A stretch of 64,000 nucleotides of DNA from a virus (lineage: Duplodnaviria > Caudoviricetes). The notes below the pieces were generated by a model. It did no database searches and was not told the DNA's origin. It saw nothing but the letters and a program-made list of their open reading frames with translations. Both the position numbers and the translations under genes were made by a program. Location: IMG/VR virus record IMGVR_UViG_3300035696_000037, positions 6,744 to 70,743 of that record. The stretch is one strand, 5' to 3'. Positions 62,469 to 64,000 of this stretch are shown one piece after another. Position 1 is the first letter of the stretch. Each line of letters opens with the position of its first letter.

Positions 62469-62866
62469 GCAACGTCAAAGACACCCCTGAGTACAAGATG
62501 GCCATGCGATTCTTTACTTGGCAGGGACGCCCGGACCACCTTAAGAAGCGGGGCATCGCCTGGATACCGCGATTCGCCGCCCTGCTCAAGCTCCACAAGA
62601 ATCTGGATGACGTGCTGACTTGGGCGTTCGAGCAGGACGAGCAGTGGCCCAACTACCTCATCCGCCACGACGGGCAGGACCCGTTCGATTACATGGAATC
62701 CCGCCTTAACGACATCTTTCGTTCCTACGACGCTTGGCAATCCCGCCAGCCCAAGCCCCGCCATGTGCCCCGCAAAAAGGGCCACGGTTGCGATTCCTGT
62801 GCGAACTTCGGTTGGGACGAGGACGGCAACCCCTGCAAGTTCTGTTCCGATGCCCCGGCAGGTTAG
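62465..62866 (+). CDS. Hypothetical replication-associated protein with C-terminal CxxC...CxxC
   Basis: ATGA overlap with the initiator-like gene; 'CDSCANFGW...CKFC'. Confidence 0.6.
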   Translation: MSNVKDTPEYKMAMRFFTWQGRPDHLKKRGIAWIPRFAALLKLHKNLDDVLTWAFEQDEQWPNYLIRHDGQDPFDYMESRLNDIFRSYDAWQSRQPKPRHVPRKKGHGCDSCANFGWDEDGNPCKFCSDAPAG

Positions 62867-62897
62867 CCGCATTCCGATGAATTTTTCGCGGAATGGC

Positions 62898-62907
62898 GGT
62901 ATTATAG
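62898..62907 (+). promoter_or_regulatory. Putative -10 element GGTATTATAG
   Basis: Recurrent motif in the intergenic region upstream of the reductase gene. Confidence 0.4.
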
Positions 62908-63173
62908 ATTTCGGCGGCAACCCTAGCGTCCGCCGGACCTGACATGCTCACTACAATCTCAAAATTATTTTTCCACTCCCTCGGCCCGCAGATTTTCCCA
63001 TTTTCGACCTACCCCATCCAAAAATCCCACAGACACCGTGAAAACCACAGGACCTAAGTTGGTTCGCAGGTGATTTTGAATTGCCAATACCGGCCCCATA
63101 GGCAGCCGCATTATGACCACAGTGGTCCAAAATCCCGACAGAGGTAAAGGAACCTAGCCGACAGGAGACAACC

Positions 63174-64000
63174 ATGACGCCGGTCAACGGTGAAATCACG
63201 CCTTTTCAAAGATACATATTCAAATCGCGCTATGCCCGCTGGCTCCCCGACAAGGGCCGCAGGGAAAACTGGGAAGAGACGGTCAGCCGCTACATCAACT
63301 TCATCTCGCAACGGATACCGGAAGACCTGAGGGAAAAGACCTCGGAAGAACTGCAAGAAGCCATCCTCCACATGAGGGTGATGCCGAGCATGCGGGCGAT
63401 GATGACCGCAGGCAAGGCGCTCGAAAAAGACGAAGTGGCCGCATATAACTGCTCCTACGTGGCCATCGACGACCCACGGGCATTCGACGAGGCCATGTAC
63501 CTTTCGATGTGCGGCGTCGGCGTGGGGTTCTCCGTCGAAAGGCAATGCATCAACCAACTTCCAGCCATCGCAGAAAATTTCTATGACGAGCCCACTACCA
63601 TCAAGGTCAGGGACTCGAAAATCGGATGGGCCACGGCCTTCCGCCAACTCATCGCCTTGCTATACCAAGGACTCGTGCCCAAGTGGGATTTGTCGCTCCT
63701 GCGTCCCTCAGGGGCTCCTCTCAAGACGTTCGGGGGCCGTGCCTCGGGTCCCGGCCCCCTCGACAAACTCTTCCGCTTCACCGTACAAACCTTCAAGAAC
63801 GCCGCTGGCCGGAAGCTCACCAGCATCGAGTGCCACGACATCCTGTGCATGGTCGCAGACATCGTGGTCAGTGGTGGGGTCCGCCGCTCGGCGATGATAT
63901 CGCTCAGCAACTTATCCGACGACAGGATGCGCAACGCCAAGGTGGGCGACTGGAGGAACGAGAACGGCCACCGTGCCTTGGCCAACAACTCAGCCGTATA
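63174..64000 (+). CDS. nrdJ: Class II (adenosylcobalamin-dependent) ribonucleotide reductase, 5' part (runs off the window)
   Basis: Manual translation: 'FQRYIFKSRYARW...RENWEETVSRY...VMPSMRAMMTAG...AAYNCSY...MCGVGVGFSVE...GGVRRSAMISLS...RALANNSA'; AGGAG RBS. Confidence 0.92.
   Translation, partial: MTPVNGEITPFQRYIFKSRYARWLPDKGRRENWEETVSRYINFISQRIPEDLREKTSEELQEAILHMRVMPSMRAMMTAGKALEKDEVAAYNCSYVAIDDPRAFDEAMYLSMCGVGVGFSVERQCINQLPAIAENFYDEPTTIKVRDSKIGWATAFRQLIALLYQGLVPKWDLSLLRPSGAPLKTFGGRASGPGPLDKLFRFTVQTFKNAAGRKLTSIECHDILCMVADIVVSGGVRRSAMISLSNLSDDRMRNAKVGDWRNENGHRALANNSAV

Noticed and set aside
62870-63170. Cobalamin riboswitch or NrdR box upstream of nrdJ
   Set aside because: Neither the B12-box elements nor the NrdR palindrome consensus could be matched by eye.
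1-64000. Alternative genetic code (stop-codon reassignment)
   Set aside because: All long genes are intact under code 11, TGA/TAG/TAA all terminate well-packed genes, no suppressor tRNA is present, and only one internal TGA was seen.
60272-64000. Inteins or introns in DnaB, RNR or UvrD
   Set aside because: Conserved motifs are normally spaced, with no Cys...His-Asn splice junctions or LAGLIDADG/HNH insertions in the visible portions.

Overview
The window looks like a 64-kb piece of a large, GC-rich contractile-tailed (myovirus-type) bacteriophage genome. No capsid, terminase or sheath genes are in the window. Layout: (i) 1-20 kb, minus strand, accessory region: a lower-GC DNA methyltransferase island, UvrD/PcrA helicase, many small genes, a large TerD-domain protein flanked by a repeated structured RNA motif, PEGA/TPR exported proteins, a 7-tRNA array (Gln x2, Thr x3, Ile plus one aberrant GAT tRNA), a phosphoglycosyl transferase, a DUF4258-like protein, ASCH and nucleoside-deoxyribosyltransferase-like proteins. 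(ii) 20-60 kb, mostly minus strand, baseplate/tail module: baseplate J, wedge, hub, spike, a giant Ig-repeat protein, SLT-domain protein, tape measure, chaperone-like genes, plus GH19 endolysin and RlpA. (iii) 60-64 kb, plus strand: DnaB-like helicase, replisome-organiser-like protein and a truncated class II ribonucleotide reductase. The most striking observation is a candidate leader-peptide attenuator (15538-15663). Its eight control codons (Q-T-Q-T-T-Q-T-I) match the anticodon set of the tRNA array just downstream, suggesting tRNA-depletion-inducible expression of phage tRNAs. Second is a family of five ~50-85-nt structured RNA elements around the TerD-domain operon. All product calls are by motif recognition by eye; no database searches were run. 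Several starts were adjusted from the ORF track using RBS or stop-start overlaps.
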